Of a stretch of DNA of 64,000 nucleotides, positions 17,815 through 27,726 are shown piece by piece. The DNA is from an uncultured Gemmatimonadota bacterium (GTDB lineage Bacteria > Gemmatimonadota > Gemmatimonadetes > Palauibacterales > Palauibacteraceae), in contig CAZFDK010000006.1 in NCBI GenBank assembly GCA_964518305.1, positions 22,618-86,617 of the forward strand. The letters are read 5' to 3'. Numbering within the stretch: position 1 is the first letter of the stretch; each line of letters opens with the position of its first letter. The notes below the pieces were generated by a model. It searched no databases and had not been told where the DNA came from. It saw only the letters and a list, made by a program, of their open reading frames with translations. A program made the translations under genes and the position numbers.

Positions 17815-17868
17815 CGTCCCGGTCCTTTCGGCACGAACGGACTCTCACCCGACCCGGAGCGGAGCCCC

Positions 17869-18687
17869 ATGAGAATCGCCCTGGCCCAGAAGCACGCCTC
17901 CCCCGACCGCGAGCGGAACGTGGACCGGGCCGTGGAGGCCATCCGTACCGCCGGCCGCAGGGGCGCCGACCTGGTGGTCTTCCCCGAGCTGGCCGTGGAC
18001 CGCTTCTTCCCCCGGGAGCCGGGCGGGGACGCATCCTCGGCGGCGGAACCGGTGCCCGGCCCCACGACGGACCGGATCGGCACCGCGGCGCGCGAGGCGG
18101 GAGCGGTCGTGGTGTTCAACCTGTACGAGGAGGACGACCGGGGGCGGCGCTTCGACAGCTCACCGGTGATCGACGCCGACGGGCAGATGCTCGGGGTCAC
18201 GCGGATGGTGCACATCACCGACTTCGAGGGCTTCCACGAGCAGGACTACTATGCCCCCGGCGACCGCGGGGCGCCGGTCTACGACACGGAGGCCGGCCGG
18301 TTGGGCGTCGCCATCTGTTACGATCGCCACTATCCGGAGTACATGCGGGCCCTGGGGGTGGCCGGGGCCGAGGTGGTGGCCATACCGCAGGCCGGGGTGG
18401 TGGGCGAGTGGCCGGAGGGGCTCTACGAGGCCGAGGTCCGCACCGCGGCCTTCCAGAACGGCTACTTCGCCGCCCTCTGCAATCGTGTCGGAGAGGAGGG
18501 AGGGATGACCTTCGCCGGGGAGTCGTTCGTCGTCGATCCCGAGGGACAGGTCGTCGCCCGCGGCGCGGCCGGCGAGGAGGACCTGGTCGTGGCGGACCTG
18601 GACCCCGGCCTGTGCGCCGCGTCCACGGCTCGCCGGCTGTTCTGGCGCGACCGGCGCCCGGACCTGTACGACGACTGGCTCCAGTGA
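17869..18687 (+). CDS. Carbon-nitrogen hydrolase (nitrilase superfamily amidase / N-carbamoyl hydrolase-like)
   Basis: The sequence MRIALAQ..., DLVVFPEL (catalytic Glu), and GVAICYDRHYPE (catalytic Cys) support the call. The internal ATG at 17869 was chosen. Confidence 0.85.
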   Translation: MRIALAQKHASPDRERNVDRAVEAIRTAGRRGADLVVFPELAVDRFFPREPGGDASSAAEPVPGPTTDRIGTAAREAGAVVVFNLYEEDDRGRRFDSSPVIDADGQMLGVTRMVHITDFEGFHEQDYYAPGDRGAPVYDTEAGRLGVAICYDRHYPEYMRALGVAGAEVVAIPQAGVVGEWPEGLYEAEVRTAAFQNGYFAALCNRVGEEGGMTFAGESFVVDPEGQVVARGAAGEEDLVVADLDPGLCAASTARRLFWRDRRPDLYDDWLQ

Positions 18688-20162
18688 ACACCATCCGCGT
18701 CCCGGCCACCGGCGAGGAGCTCCGCCGCCGGGCCGCCGACGCCGGGGAGATGCGACGGGCCCTGCTGCGTGCCCGGCGTGCTCAGGAGGAGTGGGCGGCG
18801 CGGCCGCTCCGCGAGCGGACCCGGACGCTGCTGCGCTTCCACGACCTCCTGCTGGACCGTGGGCAGGAGGCGCTCGACCTCATCCAGATGGAGACCGGGA
18901 AGGCCCGGGCCCACGCGTTCGAGGAGCTGGGCGACACCGCCGCCGTCACCCGCTACTACGCGCGGACCGCCCGGCGTCATCTCCGGGCCCGGCGGCGTGG
19001 GACGCTGGTGCCGTGGCTCACCTCCGCCCGGGAGCATCGTCCGCCGCGGGGCGTCGTGGGGCTCATCGCGCCGTGGAACTACCCCCTGACCCTGGCGGTG
19101 ACCGACGCCGTTCCCGCCCTGGCCGCGGGCAACGCCGTGGTGGTGAAGCCGGACCTGCAGGTCGCCGGTACCGCCCGCTGGGCCGAGGACCTGCTGCGGG
19201 AGGCGGGCGTGCCGCGGGACGTCTTCCGGGTCGTGCCCGGACGGGGCGAGGAGCTGGGCCCGCCGCTGATCTCCGGGGCTGACTTCGTCGGGTTCACGGG
19301 GAGCACGGAGACGGGCCGGGAGGTAGCGCGCCGCGCCGGCCACGAGCTCACGCCCTGCTCCCTGGAGCTCGGCGGGAAGAATCCGATGATCGTGCTGGAG
19401 GACGCCGACCTGGACAGGGCCGTCGACGGGGCCGTGCGCGGCTGCTTCGCCAGCGCGGGTCAGCTCTGCATCTCCCTGGAGCGGATCTACGTGGAGGCGT
19501 CGGTCTTCCGACCCTTCGTCGACCGTCTGGTACCCGCCGTCCGCGCGCTCCGGCTCGGGGTGGGTCCCGATTGGGAGGTGGACATGGGCTCCCTGGCGTC
19601 ACGGCAGCAGCTGGAGAGGACCCGGGAGCACGTGGAGGGCGCCGTGGAGGGCGGCGCCACGATCCTCGCCGGCGGTCGGCACCGGCCCGACATCGGGCCC
19701 TTCGTCCACGAGCCCACGCTCCTCACTGGCGTTCGACCGGGGATGAAGGCCCACGGGGAGGAGACCTTCGGTCCGGTGGCCCGGGTGGAGCCGGTGCGGG
19801 ACGCGGAGCACGCGGTGGAACGGGCAAACGCCACCCGGTACGGCCTGAACGCCAGCGTGTGGACCGCCGACGAGGAGCGGGGGCGGCGCCTGGCGGCGCG
19901 GGTGCGGGCGGGAACGGTGAACGTGAACGACGCCTACGCCGCGGCATGGAGTGCCGCCGACGCCCCCATGGGCGGCACCGGCGACTCCGGGTTCGGGCGC
20001 CGGCACGGTGAGGAGGGCATCCGGAAATACACCGAGGCCCGCACGGTGGCGGTGCAGCGCGGCTTTCCGGTGACGGGGCCGGCGGGGGTCTCCGATCAGA
20101 CGTGGGCGCGGCTGGCGACCGCCCTGCTCGTAGCGCGGCGCCGGATCCCCTGGCCGGAGTGA
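18684..20162 (+). CDS. NAD(P)-dependent aldehyde dehydrogenase (succinate-semialdehyde DH-like)
   Basis: Motifs are [22 protein letters not shown] and [14 protein letters not shown] (catalytic Cys), plus EETFGP. The GTG at 18684 overlaps the upstream TGA (GTGA). Confidence 0.9.
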   Translation: MNTIRVPATGEELRRRAADAGEMRRALLRARRAQEEWAARPLRERTRTLLRFHDLLLDRGQEALDLIQMETGKARAHAFEELGDTAAVTRYYARTARRHLRARRRGTLVPWLTSAREHRPPRGVVGLIAPWNYPLTLAVTDAVPALAAGNAVVVKPDLQVAGTARWAEDLLREAGVPRDVFRVVPGRGEELGPPLISGADFVGFTGSTETGREVARRAGHELTPCSLELGGKNPMIVLEDADLDRAVDGAVRGCFASAGQLCISLERIYVEASVFRPFVDRLVPAVRALRLGVGPDWEVDMGSLASRQQLERTREHVEGAVEGGATILAGGRHRPDIGPFVHEPTLLTGVRPGMKAHGEETFGPVARVEPVRDAEHAVERANATRYGLNASVWTADEERGRRLAARVRAGTVNVNDAYAAAWSAADAPMGGTGDSGFGRRHGEEGIRKYTEARTVAVQRGFPVTGPAGVSDQTWARLATALLVARRRIPWPE

Positions 20163-20178
20163 CCGCGCCCCGACGCCC

Positions 20179-21270
20179 GTGAGCGCCTCCATCTTCTTCA
20201 CCGGCTTTCCGGGCTTCCTGGGAGCCGACCTCCTGTGGCGCCTCCTCCGCGACCGGCCCGGGGCCCGTGCGCACTGCCTCGTGCTTCCCCGACACGAGGA
20301 GCTGGCCCGGGAGCGGCTGGGGGAAGGTTCGCTGGCGGCCGCCAGCGAACGAGTGCTCCTGCATGCGGGCGACGTGACCCGAACGAATCTGGGTCTGGAG
20401 CCCGGACTCCAGACCGACCTCGCGTCCGAGGTGGAGGAGATCTTCCATCTGGCCGCCGTCTACGACCTGGAGGTCGACGCCGGTACGGCGAGCAGGGTCA
20501 ACCGGGACGGAACCGGGCACGTGCTGGACTTCGCCGACCGGTGCCGGTCCCTGGGCCGCTTTCATCACATGAGCACCTGCTATGTGAGCGGTCGGCGATC
20601 GGGCACGGTGCGGGAGGACGAGCTCGATCGCGGCCAGGCCTTCCACAACGAGTACGAGCGGTCGAAGATGGAGGCAGAGGCGCTCGTCCGGAAGAGAATG
20701 GACGACGGCCTGCCGGCCACCGTCTACCGTCCGTCCATCGTGGTCGGCGACAGCGACACGGGCTATACGCAGAAGTACGACGGCCCCTATCACGTCCTGG
20801 AGTGGATCCTCCGGCAGCCGAGGTGGGCCGTCGTGCCGGTCCCGTCGGGCGCCGACGGGATCACCGTGAACCAGGTGCCGCGGGACTTCGTCACCCGCGC
20901 CGTCGCCCACCTTAGCCGTTCTCCGGAAACGGCGGGAGAGACGGTTCACCTGGCCGATCCGGCGCCGCCCACGGTGGAGGAGCTGGTGAGGGGCCTGGCC
21001 CGGGCCTCCGGCCGACGGGTCGCGGCGATCCCGGTGCCGCCGTCGCTCCTCCGGCTCGCCCTGGAGGAGATTCCGGGTCTGCGTCGCTTCACCGGCATCC
21101 CGCCCGCGCTGGCGGACTATTTCGACCACCCGGCCCGTTACTCCACGGCACGAGCCCGCGAGCTGCTGTCGGGGAGCGGGATCGAGCCCCCGAGCTTCGA
21201 GGACTACGTGCAGCCCATGGTGGCCTTCGTGCGCGAGAACCCGGAGCCGGCGGCGGGCCAGCTGGCCTAG
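20179..21270 (+). CDS. SDR-family NAD-binding protein (epimerase / thioester-reductase 'NAD_binding_4'-like)
   Basis: It has an FFTGFPGFLGADLL Rossmann motif, a YERSK (YxxxK) motif, and IVVGDSDTG. The start is GTG. Confidence 0.8.
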   Translation: MSASIFFTGFPGFLGADLLWRLLRDRPGARAHCLVLPRHEELARERLGEGSLAAASERVLLHAGDVTRTNLGLEPGLQTDLASEVEEIFHLAAVYDLEVDAGTASRVNRDGTGHVLDFADRCRSLGRFHHMSTCYVSGRRSGTVREDELDRGQAFHNEYERSKMEAEALVRKRMDDGLPATVYRPSIVVGDSDTGYTQKYDGPYHVLEWILRQPRWAVVPVPSGADGITVNQVPRDFVTRAVAHLSRSPETAGETVHLADPAPPTVEELVRGLARASGRRVAAIPVPPSLLRLALEEIPGLRRFTGIPPALADYFDHPARYSTARARELLSGSGIEPPSFEDYVQPMVAFVRENPEPAAGQLA

Positions 21271-21304
21271 GGCCGGCGGCGGCCGCGGGGCAGGGAGACC
21301 GCGC

Positions 21305-21736
21305 TCAGCCCTCCAGCTCGGCCTCCACGTGTACCTCGAGGTTGCCTGCCAGGGCGCGGGACACGGGACACTCGTCCGCGGCGGCCCCGGCCACCGAGCG
21401 GAACGTCTCCCGGTCGATACCCGGCACGCGGCCGCGAACCTGGAGCCGCACCTCGGTGATCGTCGGCGCGTCGTCGATCTCCCCGATGGTGCACTCGGCG
21501 TCGGTGGTGATCTCCTCCGGGTCGTATCCCTCCTCGCTCAGGGCCAGGGAGAGGGCCATGCTGAGGCAGGAGGCGTGCGCGGCGGCGATGAGCTCCTCGG
21601 GGTTCGTGCCGTGCTCCTCGCCGAAGCGGGTCCCGAAGGAGTACTCGCCGGCGAAAGCGCCGGAGTCGGCGCTGAACTCGCCGCTCCCCTCGGCCAGGGA
21701 CCCGGTCCACGTCGCGGTGGCGTTGCTGGTGCGCAT
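21305..21736 (-). CDS. osmC: OsmC family peroxiredoxin
   Basis: 143 aa with NPEELIAAAHASCLSMAL and DECPVSRAL, the two conserved Cys contexts. Confidence 0.9.
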   Translation of the reverse strand: MRTSNATATWTGSLAEGSGEFSADSGAFAGEYSFGTRFGEEHGTNPEELIAAAHASCLSMALSLALSEEGYDPEEITTDAECTIGEIDDAPTITEVRLQVRGRVPGIDRETFRSVAGAAADECPVSRALAGNLEVHVEAELEG

Positions 21737-22020
21737 ATTCTCCTCCGAAAGAAGTTCTTCGTACCGCTCTGGATCACGCAGGTCGGCCGGCCTCTCCGTA
21801 CCGTCGCTTCGGCCGTCCGGAACCGCCTGAGCGCGCAGGATTCACGCCGACCCGACCGGCCGTCCCGGCCGGCGCACGCTTGCCGGTGCAGGCCGAGGAT
21901 CGCAGTTTGGCGCCGGTCGACGCGGGATCCCCCCGCTGCCGGATTCCCGCCGGCAGCACATGCGACGGACACGAGCGAGACGGCCGCCGGCACCAGTCGA
22001 GAGGACATCAGCAGCCAGTG

Positions 22021-24339
22021 ATGATCGAGATCGTCGCCGCCCTCGCGCTGGCGGCGCCCGGAGATTCCACGGTCTTCGAGGGAGCCGATGGCGAGCTCCG
22101 CGTCCGGCCGCCGAAGGTGACGGCACCGGACGTCACGGTGGACGGCACGCTGGAGGAGGAGGTCTGGTCGGAGGCCGCCGTTCTCTCGGGCTTCACCCAG
22201 TATCAGCCCACCGAGGGCATCCCGGCCAGCGAGCCCACCGAGGTCCACGTCCTCTACGGCGACGAGGCCATCTACTTCGGGATACGGGCCCACGACAGCC
22301 GTCCGGACGAGATTCGCTCTTCGGTGGCCGAGCGGGACGAGTCGATCTTCGGCGACGACTGGGTCCGCCTGATGCTGGATACCTACAACCGCCAGCAGCA
22401 GGCGTATGTCTTCTACGTGAACCCGCGCGGCATCCAGACCGACGGGCTGTGGATCGAGGGGCTGAGCCAGGGCCGCGGGGGACCGAGCGTGCCGGTGGAC
22501 TTCAATCCCGACTTCATCTGGCAGTCGGAGGGCCGCGTCACCGACTCCGGCTGGGTGGTGGAGGCCCGGATCCCCTACATGAGCCTCCGGTTTCCCGAGA
22601 GCGACGTGCAGAACTGGGGCATCAACGTGGCCCGGGAGGTGCGGCGCCTGGGATACAAGCAGTCCTGGGCGCCGCTGACGCAGTCCATCAGCAGCACGCT
22701 GGAACAGGAGGGCACGCTGGTCGGGCTCCGGGGCATCGAGCCGCAGCGCCTGCGGGAGGTCACCCCCGTGGTGACGGGCAAGTGGACCGGTGACCGCGTC
22801 GACGGCTCCTTCCGGCGATCGGATCCGGAGCCGCAGGTCGGACTCAACGCCCGCTACGGGCTCACCCAGAACATGGTTCTCGGCGCCACCATCAACCCGG
22901 ACTTCTCTCAGGTGGAGGCCGACGCGGGCCAGATCCGGGTGAACGAGCGCTTCGCGCTGTTCTTTCCCGAGAAGCGCCCCTTCTTCCTCGAGGGAACCGA
23001 GGTCTTCAACACGCCGGCCCGGCTGGTCCACACGCGACGGGTGGTGGACCCGATCGCCGGCGCGAAGGTGACCGGCCGCCTCGCCTCCGTGGACGTGGGC
23101 TATCTCGGGGCCCTGGACGAAAGCCCCGCGAGCTTCGGCGACGCCGAGCACGAGGCCGCATTCAACCTCTTTCGGGCCAGCAAGGACCTGGGGAGCGGCT
23201 CCAACGTCGGCGTCCTGTACACGGACCGCTCGTCGCTGGGCGGCGCGGAGTACAACCGCGTGGCCGCCGGGGACGCCCGGATCCGGTTCGGTGGCCGGTA
23301 CAGCGTGACCGGCCAGGTGGCCGGGGCGTGGACGGGCGAGCGGGACGAGGAGGACCCTGGCTTCGCGCCACTGGTGTCGGCCCGCATGGAGCGGACGGGC
23401 CGGGAGTTCAACTGGCAGTTCGAGTTCGAGGACGTCCACCCCGACTTCCGGGCGGAGAGCGGCCTCATCCGCAGGGTCGGCGATGCGAAGATCTTCGGCC
23501 AGGGAGAGGTGAACTTCTTCACCGACCCCGGCTCCTTCCTCCAGAGCGTGGGGCTCCAGCTCCGGACGACGGAGTTCTTCGCCCACCGGGAGCTGTGGAA
23601 CCTGGAGTCGCCCTTCGAGGCGGAGGTGGAGTTCCAGCCCAGCGTGAGCTTCCGGGGCGGGCACCGGGCCTCGCTCCTGTTTCGGGACGGCTACTTCCGG
23701 TTTCGGCCGGAGTCCTACGACGATTACAGCGTGGAGGGGCCGAGCGGATCGCTCCGCCCGTTCGAGGTGCCGTCCTCCCTGAGCCACATGCTGGCGGGCA
23801 TGGTGACGGGGAGCGTACGCTTCTCGGAAGCCGTTCGGGTGGAGGGGCGCAGCTTCGTGCGCCAGATCCCGATCTTCGCGGAGGCGGCCCTGGGGCGGGA
23901 GTTCCAGGTGAGGCCCAGCCTGAACCTGCAGGCCACGGACAAGTTCTCACTCGACTTCTCGTATGCCCTGTCGCGCATCTGGCGGGAGAGGAACGAGACG
24001 CTCTTCTCGAAGGCGGACATCCCGCGCCTGGAGACCCAGTACATGTTCAGCCGCTGGCTCTACGCCCGCACGATCCTGCAGTACAACCTGCAGCAGCGCG
24101 ACGAGCTCCTGGACCCGCGCTCGGGCCGCCAGCTGTGGGTCGGCGGCGAGGCGGCGGACGGGGTCTCCGACGGCCGGTTCCAGGCTCAGTTCCTGATCTC
24201 CTACGAGCCCTCGCCGGGCACGATCTTCTTCGTCGGCTACACCCGGCAGGAAGAGGGGGGGCTCACGTTCAGCCTCTCGCGCCTGCGGCCGGACTCGGAC
24301 CGTTTCTTCATCAAGGCCAGCTACCTGACGCGCTTCTGA
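22021..24339 (+). CDS. CBM9/DOMON-like N-domain plus large beta-barrel outer-membrane protein (DUF5916-like)
   Basis: Motifs are VDGTLEEEVWSEAA, DDWVRLMLDTYNRQQQAYVFYVNPRGIQTDG and INPDFSQVEAD. The C-terminus ends in an aromatic residue (LTRF). The start is uncertain (ATG 22021, GTG 22018 or TTG 21880) and only a weak signal peptide is visible. Confidence 0.7.
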   Translation: MIEIVAALALAAPGDSTVFEGADGELRVRPPKVTAPDVTVDGTLEEEVWSEAAVLSGFTQYQPTEGIPASEPTEVHVLYGDEAIYFGIRAHDSRPDEIRSSVAERDESIFGDDWVRLMLDTYNRQQQAYVFYVNPRGIQTDGLWIEGLSQGRGGPSVPVDFNPDFIWQSEGRVTDSGWVVEARIPYMSLRFPESDVQNWGINVAREVRRLGYKQSWAPLTQSISSTLEQEGTLVGLRGIEPQRLREVTPVVTGKWTGDRVDGSFRRSDPEPQVGLNARYGLTQNMVLGATINPDFSQVEADAGQIRVNERFALFFPEKRPFFLEGTEVFNTPARLVHTRRVVDPIAGAKVTGRLASVDVGYLGALDESPASFGDAEHEAAFNLFRASKDLGSGSNVGVLYTDRSSLGGAEYNRVAAGDARIRFGGRYSVTGQVAGAWTGERDEEDPGFAPLVSARMERTGREFNWQFEFEDVHPDFRAESGLIRRVGDAKIFGQGEVNFFTDPGSFLQSVGLQLRTTEFFAHRELWNLESPFEAEVEFQPSVSFRGGHRASLLFRDGYFRFRPESYDDYSVEGPSGSLRPFEVPSSLSHMLAGMVTGSVRFSEAVRVEGRSFVRQIPIFAEAALGREFQVRPSLNLQATDKFSLDFSYALSRIWRERNETLFSKADIPRLETQYMFSRWLYARTILQYNLQQRDELLDPRSGRQLWVGGEAADGVSDGRFQAQFLISYEPSPGTIFFVGYTRQEEGGLTFSLSRLRPDSDRFFIKASYLTRF

Positions 24340-24488
24340 CCCTCCCGAGCGGCCGGACACTCGCCTGCCCGACGCTCGTCCCGGTCTCCTGAGAATGAGG
24401 GCTGACATCGTCACCTCTCGCCGACCGCACCCGACCGTCGCACTCCAACACGCCGCGGGAGTCGGAGGAGACGGCCGGGGGGCGGAGG

Positions 24489-25696
24489 ATGGTCCGGTTC
24501 CGGCGGACGAAGCCCCTCCCCACCTACCCGTTCAGCTTCGCCGCCGGCCGCTTCGAGGTGGAGACGACGCGTCGGGACGGACGCACCCTGCGGGCGTTCC
24601 ACCGGGAGCCGGACAGAGCGACGGTAGCGCGGAACCGGGAGGCGCTCTTCGACCTCCACGCCCGGGCCCTCTCCAGGATGGAGGAGTACACCGGGATCGG
24701 GTACCCCTTCGAGAAGTTCGACTTCGTCCTGATCCCCTCCTTCCAGTACGGCGGTATGGAGCACGCCGGGGCGATCCTGTACGACGCCTCCGACCTCTTC
24801 CTCGACCGATCGGCGACTCAGGCCGACGGGCTGGGCCGGGCCAGCGTCATCGCCCACGAGACGGCCCACATGTGGTTCGGCGATCTCGTCACCACGGAGT
24901 GGTTCGACGACGGGTTGATGGAGGAAGTCTTCGCCAACTTCACGGCGGCGAAGATCGTCCGCCCGGCCTTCCCGGAGCTGGACCACGACCTCCGCTTCCT
25001 GCTGGACCACTATCCGGCGGCCTACTCCGTGGACCGGACCGGGGGCACCCATCCCATCCGACAGGAGCTGGGGAACCTGTCGGAGGCCGGCACCCTCTAC
25101 GGCGCCCTGATCTACGACAAGGCGCCCATCGTCATGCGCCAGCTCGAGGCGCTGATCGGCGAGGAGGGGATGCGGGACGGGCTCCGGGAGCACCGGGACG
25201 AGAACCGGTGGGGAAACGCCGGATGGCCCGACCCGATCCGCATCCTGGACGCCCGCGGCGATCGAGACCTGGCCGCCTGGAGCCGGTCGTGGGTGGAGGA
25301 AGCCGGGCGGCCCGTGGTATCGGTGACCCTGGACCAATCCGCCGCCGGCGACAGCCTCCGTTCTCTGACCCTCGGGCAGGAGGATCCCCTGGGCCGGGAG
25401 CGCACGTGGACGGAGCGCTGACGCCGGACCGCTACGTGCGGCTGGCCCTGCGGACGCTCCGGCTGGAGCAGAGCGAACTCCTGATCGACCGGATGCTGGG
25501 CGCCCTGCGCTCGGTGTACTGGCGCTTCCTCTCCCCCGAGGCCCGGTGCCGGTGGGCGCCCGAGGTGGAGGCGGCCCGGACGATTCGCCGCCATCTGGAG
25601 GAGAACCCGTACCTGTCCGGGTTCCTCCGGGACAAGGTGCTCCAGTCGGCCGACCCCCTCTTCAGGGCGGCGCGGATCTCGGAAGGGGACTCCTAA
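24489..25696 (+). pseudogene. Fragmented M1-family (gluzincin) aminopeptidase remnant
   Basis: Frame A (24489-25421) carries the catalytic core: GGMEHAG, HETAHMWFGDLVT and a downstream E. It lacks the ~200-aa N-domain and stops at 25421. A C-terminal-domain-like segment continues in another frame (about 25424-25696). Total length is ~400 aa against ~650-850 aa for intact members. Confidence 0.55.
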
Positions 25697-26601
25697 GCCG
25701 GCTCCACGTGTCGGCGTCGGGCGACCACGAAGGTGCCGGACAGGATCATGGCGATGCCCAGCAGGCCGAGGGGATCCGGAAACTCGGCGAAGAAGACCAG
25801 CCCCCAGACCGCCGCCAGCACGATCTGCAGGTAGCCCACCGCCATGGCCCGGCCGGCCCGCTCGTGCTGGAGCCCCAGGGTGAGGAAGATCTGCGCGCCC
25901 TGCGCCGTGAGCCCGACGCCGAGCATGGCCAGCCACTCCTCCACCGTCGGCCAGACAAGGTTGGCCGTGGCCGGCAGCAGCACAGACGAGCCCACGGTTC
26001 CGATGAGAGCGAAGTAGAAGATGATCACGTAGGGATGCTCGTCCGTCCCCAGGCTGCGGATCGTCACGTAGGCCGAGGCGCTCAGCACGGATCCGGAGAG
26101 GGCGACGCCCACGGCCAGCGGGTCGAGCCCGGTCGTGGCCCCACCGAACAGCATCTCCGGTCGGGCGACCAGCACCACGCCGGCGAGGCTCGCCGCCACG
26201 CCGATGATCTCGATCACCCTCAGGTGCTCGCTCAGAAAGAGGGCGGCGATGATCGCCGTCCACACCGGATTCGTATACTGGATGACCGTGGCCTCGGCCA
26301 GCGGCAGGTGGGAGAGCGCGTAGAAGAAGCACGCGACGGCGCTGAAGCCCAGGACGCCGCGGGCCACCAGGAGTCGCCGGCTCGCGGGCGCGCCCCACAT
26401 CTCCAGGCCCTTGCTGCGCACGAGGACCGCGGTGATGACCAGCGTGACGACGCTGCGGGAGAACACGACTTCCATGGTGGGCACCCGCTGGCCCGCCACC
26501 TTCACCAGCAGGCTCATCAGGCTGAACAGGAGGGCGGCACCGGCCATGTAGCGGACGCCCACGGGAAAGCGCTCCCGGAGGACGTCGGCCGGGTCCCCCA
26601 C
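25693..26601 (-). CDS. DMT-superfamily transporter (EamA-like, 10 TM)
   Basis: Two EamA-type repeats with polytopic hydrophobic sequence. A GTG start at 26601 sits 1 nt after the cobB stop. The track ATG at 26667 would overlap cobB. Confidence 0.85.
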   Translation of the reverse strand: MGDPADVLRERFPVGVRYMAGAALLFSLMSLLVKVAGQRVPTMEVVFSRSVVTLVITAVLVRSKGLEMWGAPASRRLLVARGVLGFSAVACFFYALSHLPLAEATVIQYTNPVWTAIIAALFLSEHLRVIEIIGVAASLAGVVLVARPEMLFGGATTGLDPLAVGVALSGSVLSASAYVTIRSLGTDEHPYVIIFYFALIGTVGSSVLLPATANLVWPTVEEWLAMLGVGLTAQGAQIFLTLGLQHERAGRAMAVGYLQIVLAAVWGLVFFAEFPDPLGLLGIAMILSGTFVVARRRHVEPA

Positions 26602-26602
26602 C

Positions 26603-27397
26603 TCAGGCTCCCCCGAGCAGTTCGGGCAGGATCTCCTCGGCGCCGGCCCGGAAGACGTGCTCGGCACGCGCCGTCAGGGGTGTAGGCTCCGGGTTCACCT
26701 CCGCCAGGAGCGCGCCGGAATCGCCGGCCACCGCGGCCACCGACGCCGCCGGCTGGACCGCGGCGCTGGTGCCCACCACCAGGCACACCGCGGCGGCGCG
26801 GGCCGCCTCCATGGCCGTGTCCAGGGCCTCCCGCGGCAGCGACTCCCCGAACCACACCACGTCCGGTCGCAGGAGCTCGCCGCAGTCGCCGCAGCGGGGA
26901 AGGGCGTCGGCGCTGGAGGCGTCGATCTCCGCCCTGCGCTCGCGGCGCCGTCCGCATCCAGTGCACAGGGTGCGGAAGAGTGAGCCGTGGAGCTCCACCG
27001 CTCGGGCGTGGTCGGGTATCGCATCGTCGCCGGCTGCCGCGCGGAGCGCCCGGGCGTGCAGGTCGTCCACGTTCTGGGTCACGAGTCGGGCGCCGTCGTT
27101 GCCGAGGGCCCACCGGGCCAGGGCGAGGTGCGCCTCGTTCGGGTCGCAGGACGCCACCTTCTGCCGGCGCCAGCGGTACCACTGCCAGACGGTGACCGGG
27201 TCCTCGGCGAAGGCCTCGGGAGTGGCCAGCTCCCGCGGGCTGTACTCGCGCCACAGGCCCTCCTCGCCGCGGAAGGTGGGGACGCCGGAGGCGGCGCTCA
27301 CGCCGGCCCCGGTGAGAGCCACGGCGGCGTCAGCGAGACGGAGCGCGCGTCGGACCTCATCGAGGCTGTCCGCGTCCGTATCGTCCGGCGTCGTCAT
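26603..27397 (-). CDS. cobB: NAD-dependent protein deacylase (Sir2 family, CobB-like)
   Basis: Motifs are LTGAGVSAASGVPTFRG, TQNVDDLH, HGSLFRTLCTGCG...CGDCG (Zn ribbon) and VVGTS. The internal ATG at 27397 was chosen. The upstream track extension is Pro/Arg-rich junk. Confidence 0.9.
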   Translation of the reverse strand: MTTPDDTDADSLDEVRRALRLADAAVALTGAGVSAASGVPTFRGEEGLWREYSPRELATPEAFAEDPVTVWQWYRWRRQKVASCDPNEAHLALARWALGNDGARLVTQNVDDLHARALRAAAGDDAIPDHARAVELHGSLFRTLCTGCGRRRERRAEIDASSADALPRCGDCGELLRPDVVWFGESLPREALDTAMEAARAAAVCLVVGTSAAVQPAASVAAVAGDSGALLAEVNPEPTPLTARAEHVFRAGAEEILPELLGGA

Positions 27398-27726
27398 GCG
27401 GGCTGGAGCTCCGGGGACTCGGGCGTCGAATCGGGGGCGCGCGGGTGTCGATCGCGGCGTCGAACGTGGCTCCGGTCGGTGCAATCCCCGTTCCGGCTGA
27501 GCCCGCCGATCGACGTCGACGCCCCGGGCGTCGAGCGGGGGGAGGGACGGCGGGGGCCTCCACCCCACGTTTCCGTACGAGGCCGTGGGGCCGCAGGACG
27601 GCGACGGAGCTCCCCGTTTTGCCCCCCGGCTCGAGGCCCTAGCATGTAGCGCAGGCGGGCGGCCCGCCGCCCCCCCGCCGCCGGTCGACGGCGGCGCGAG
27701 AGCCGTCTCCGCACAGGGAGGCACCC

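Noticed and set aside
21538-23787. 749-aa minus-strand ORF opposite the CBM9/DUF5916-like gene. The same applies to 27394..29325(-), 35925..37181(-), 57646..59352(-), 62236..63882(-), 41441..43405(-) and 50381..52198(-).
   Set aside because: The same argument applies. They have low-complexity R/P/G/A/H-rich translations and are antisense or off-frame to genes with strong family signatures. No start-stop coupling or RBS supports them.
26603-27397. Sir2-domain gene as a possible anti-phage defence (Thoeris/DSR-like) component
   Set aside because: It is a compact 264-aa CobB-type sirtuin with an intact Zn ribbon and NAD pocket motifs. It has no fused effector or sensor domain and no partner gene. 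It is coupled to an EamA transporter, so it is a housekeeping deacylase.
27445-27642. 65-aa ORF inside the cobB/hutU intergenic region
   Set aside because: The translation is Pro/Arg/Gly/Ala-rich with no RBS and no motif. The region is better treated as non-coding regulatory DNA (see the low-interest finding).
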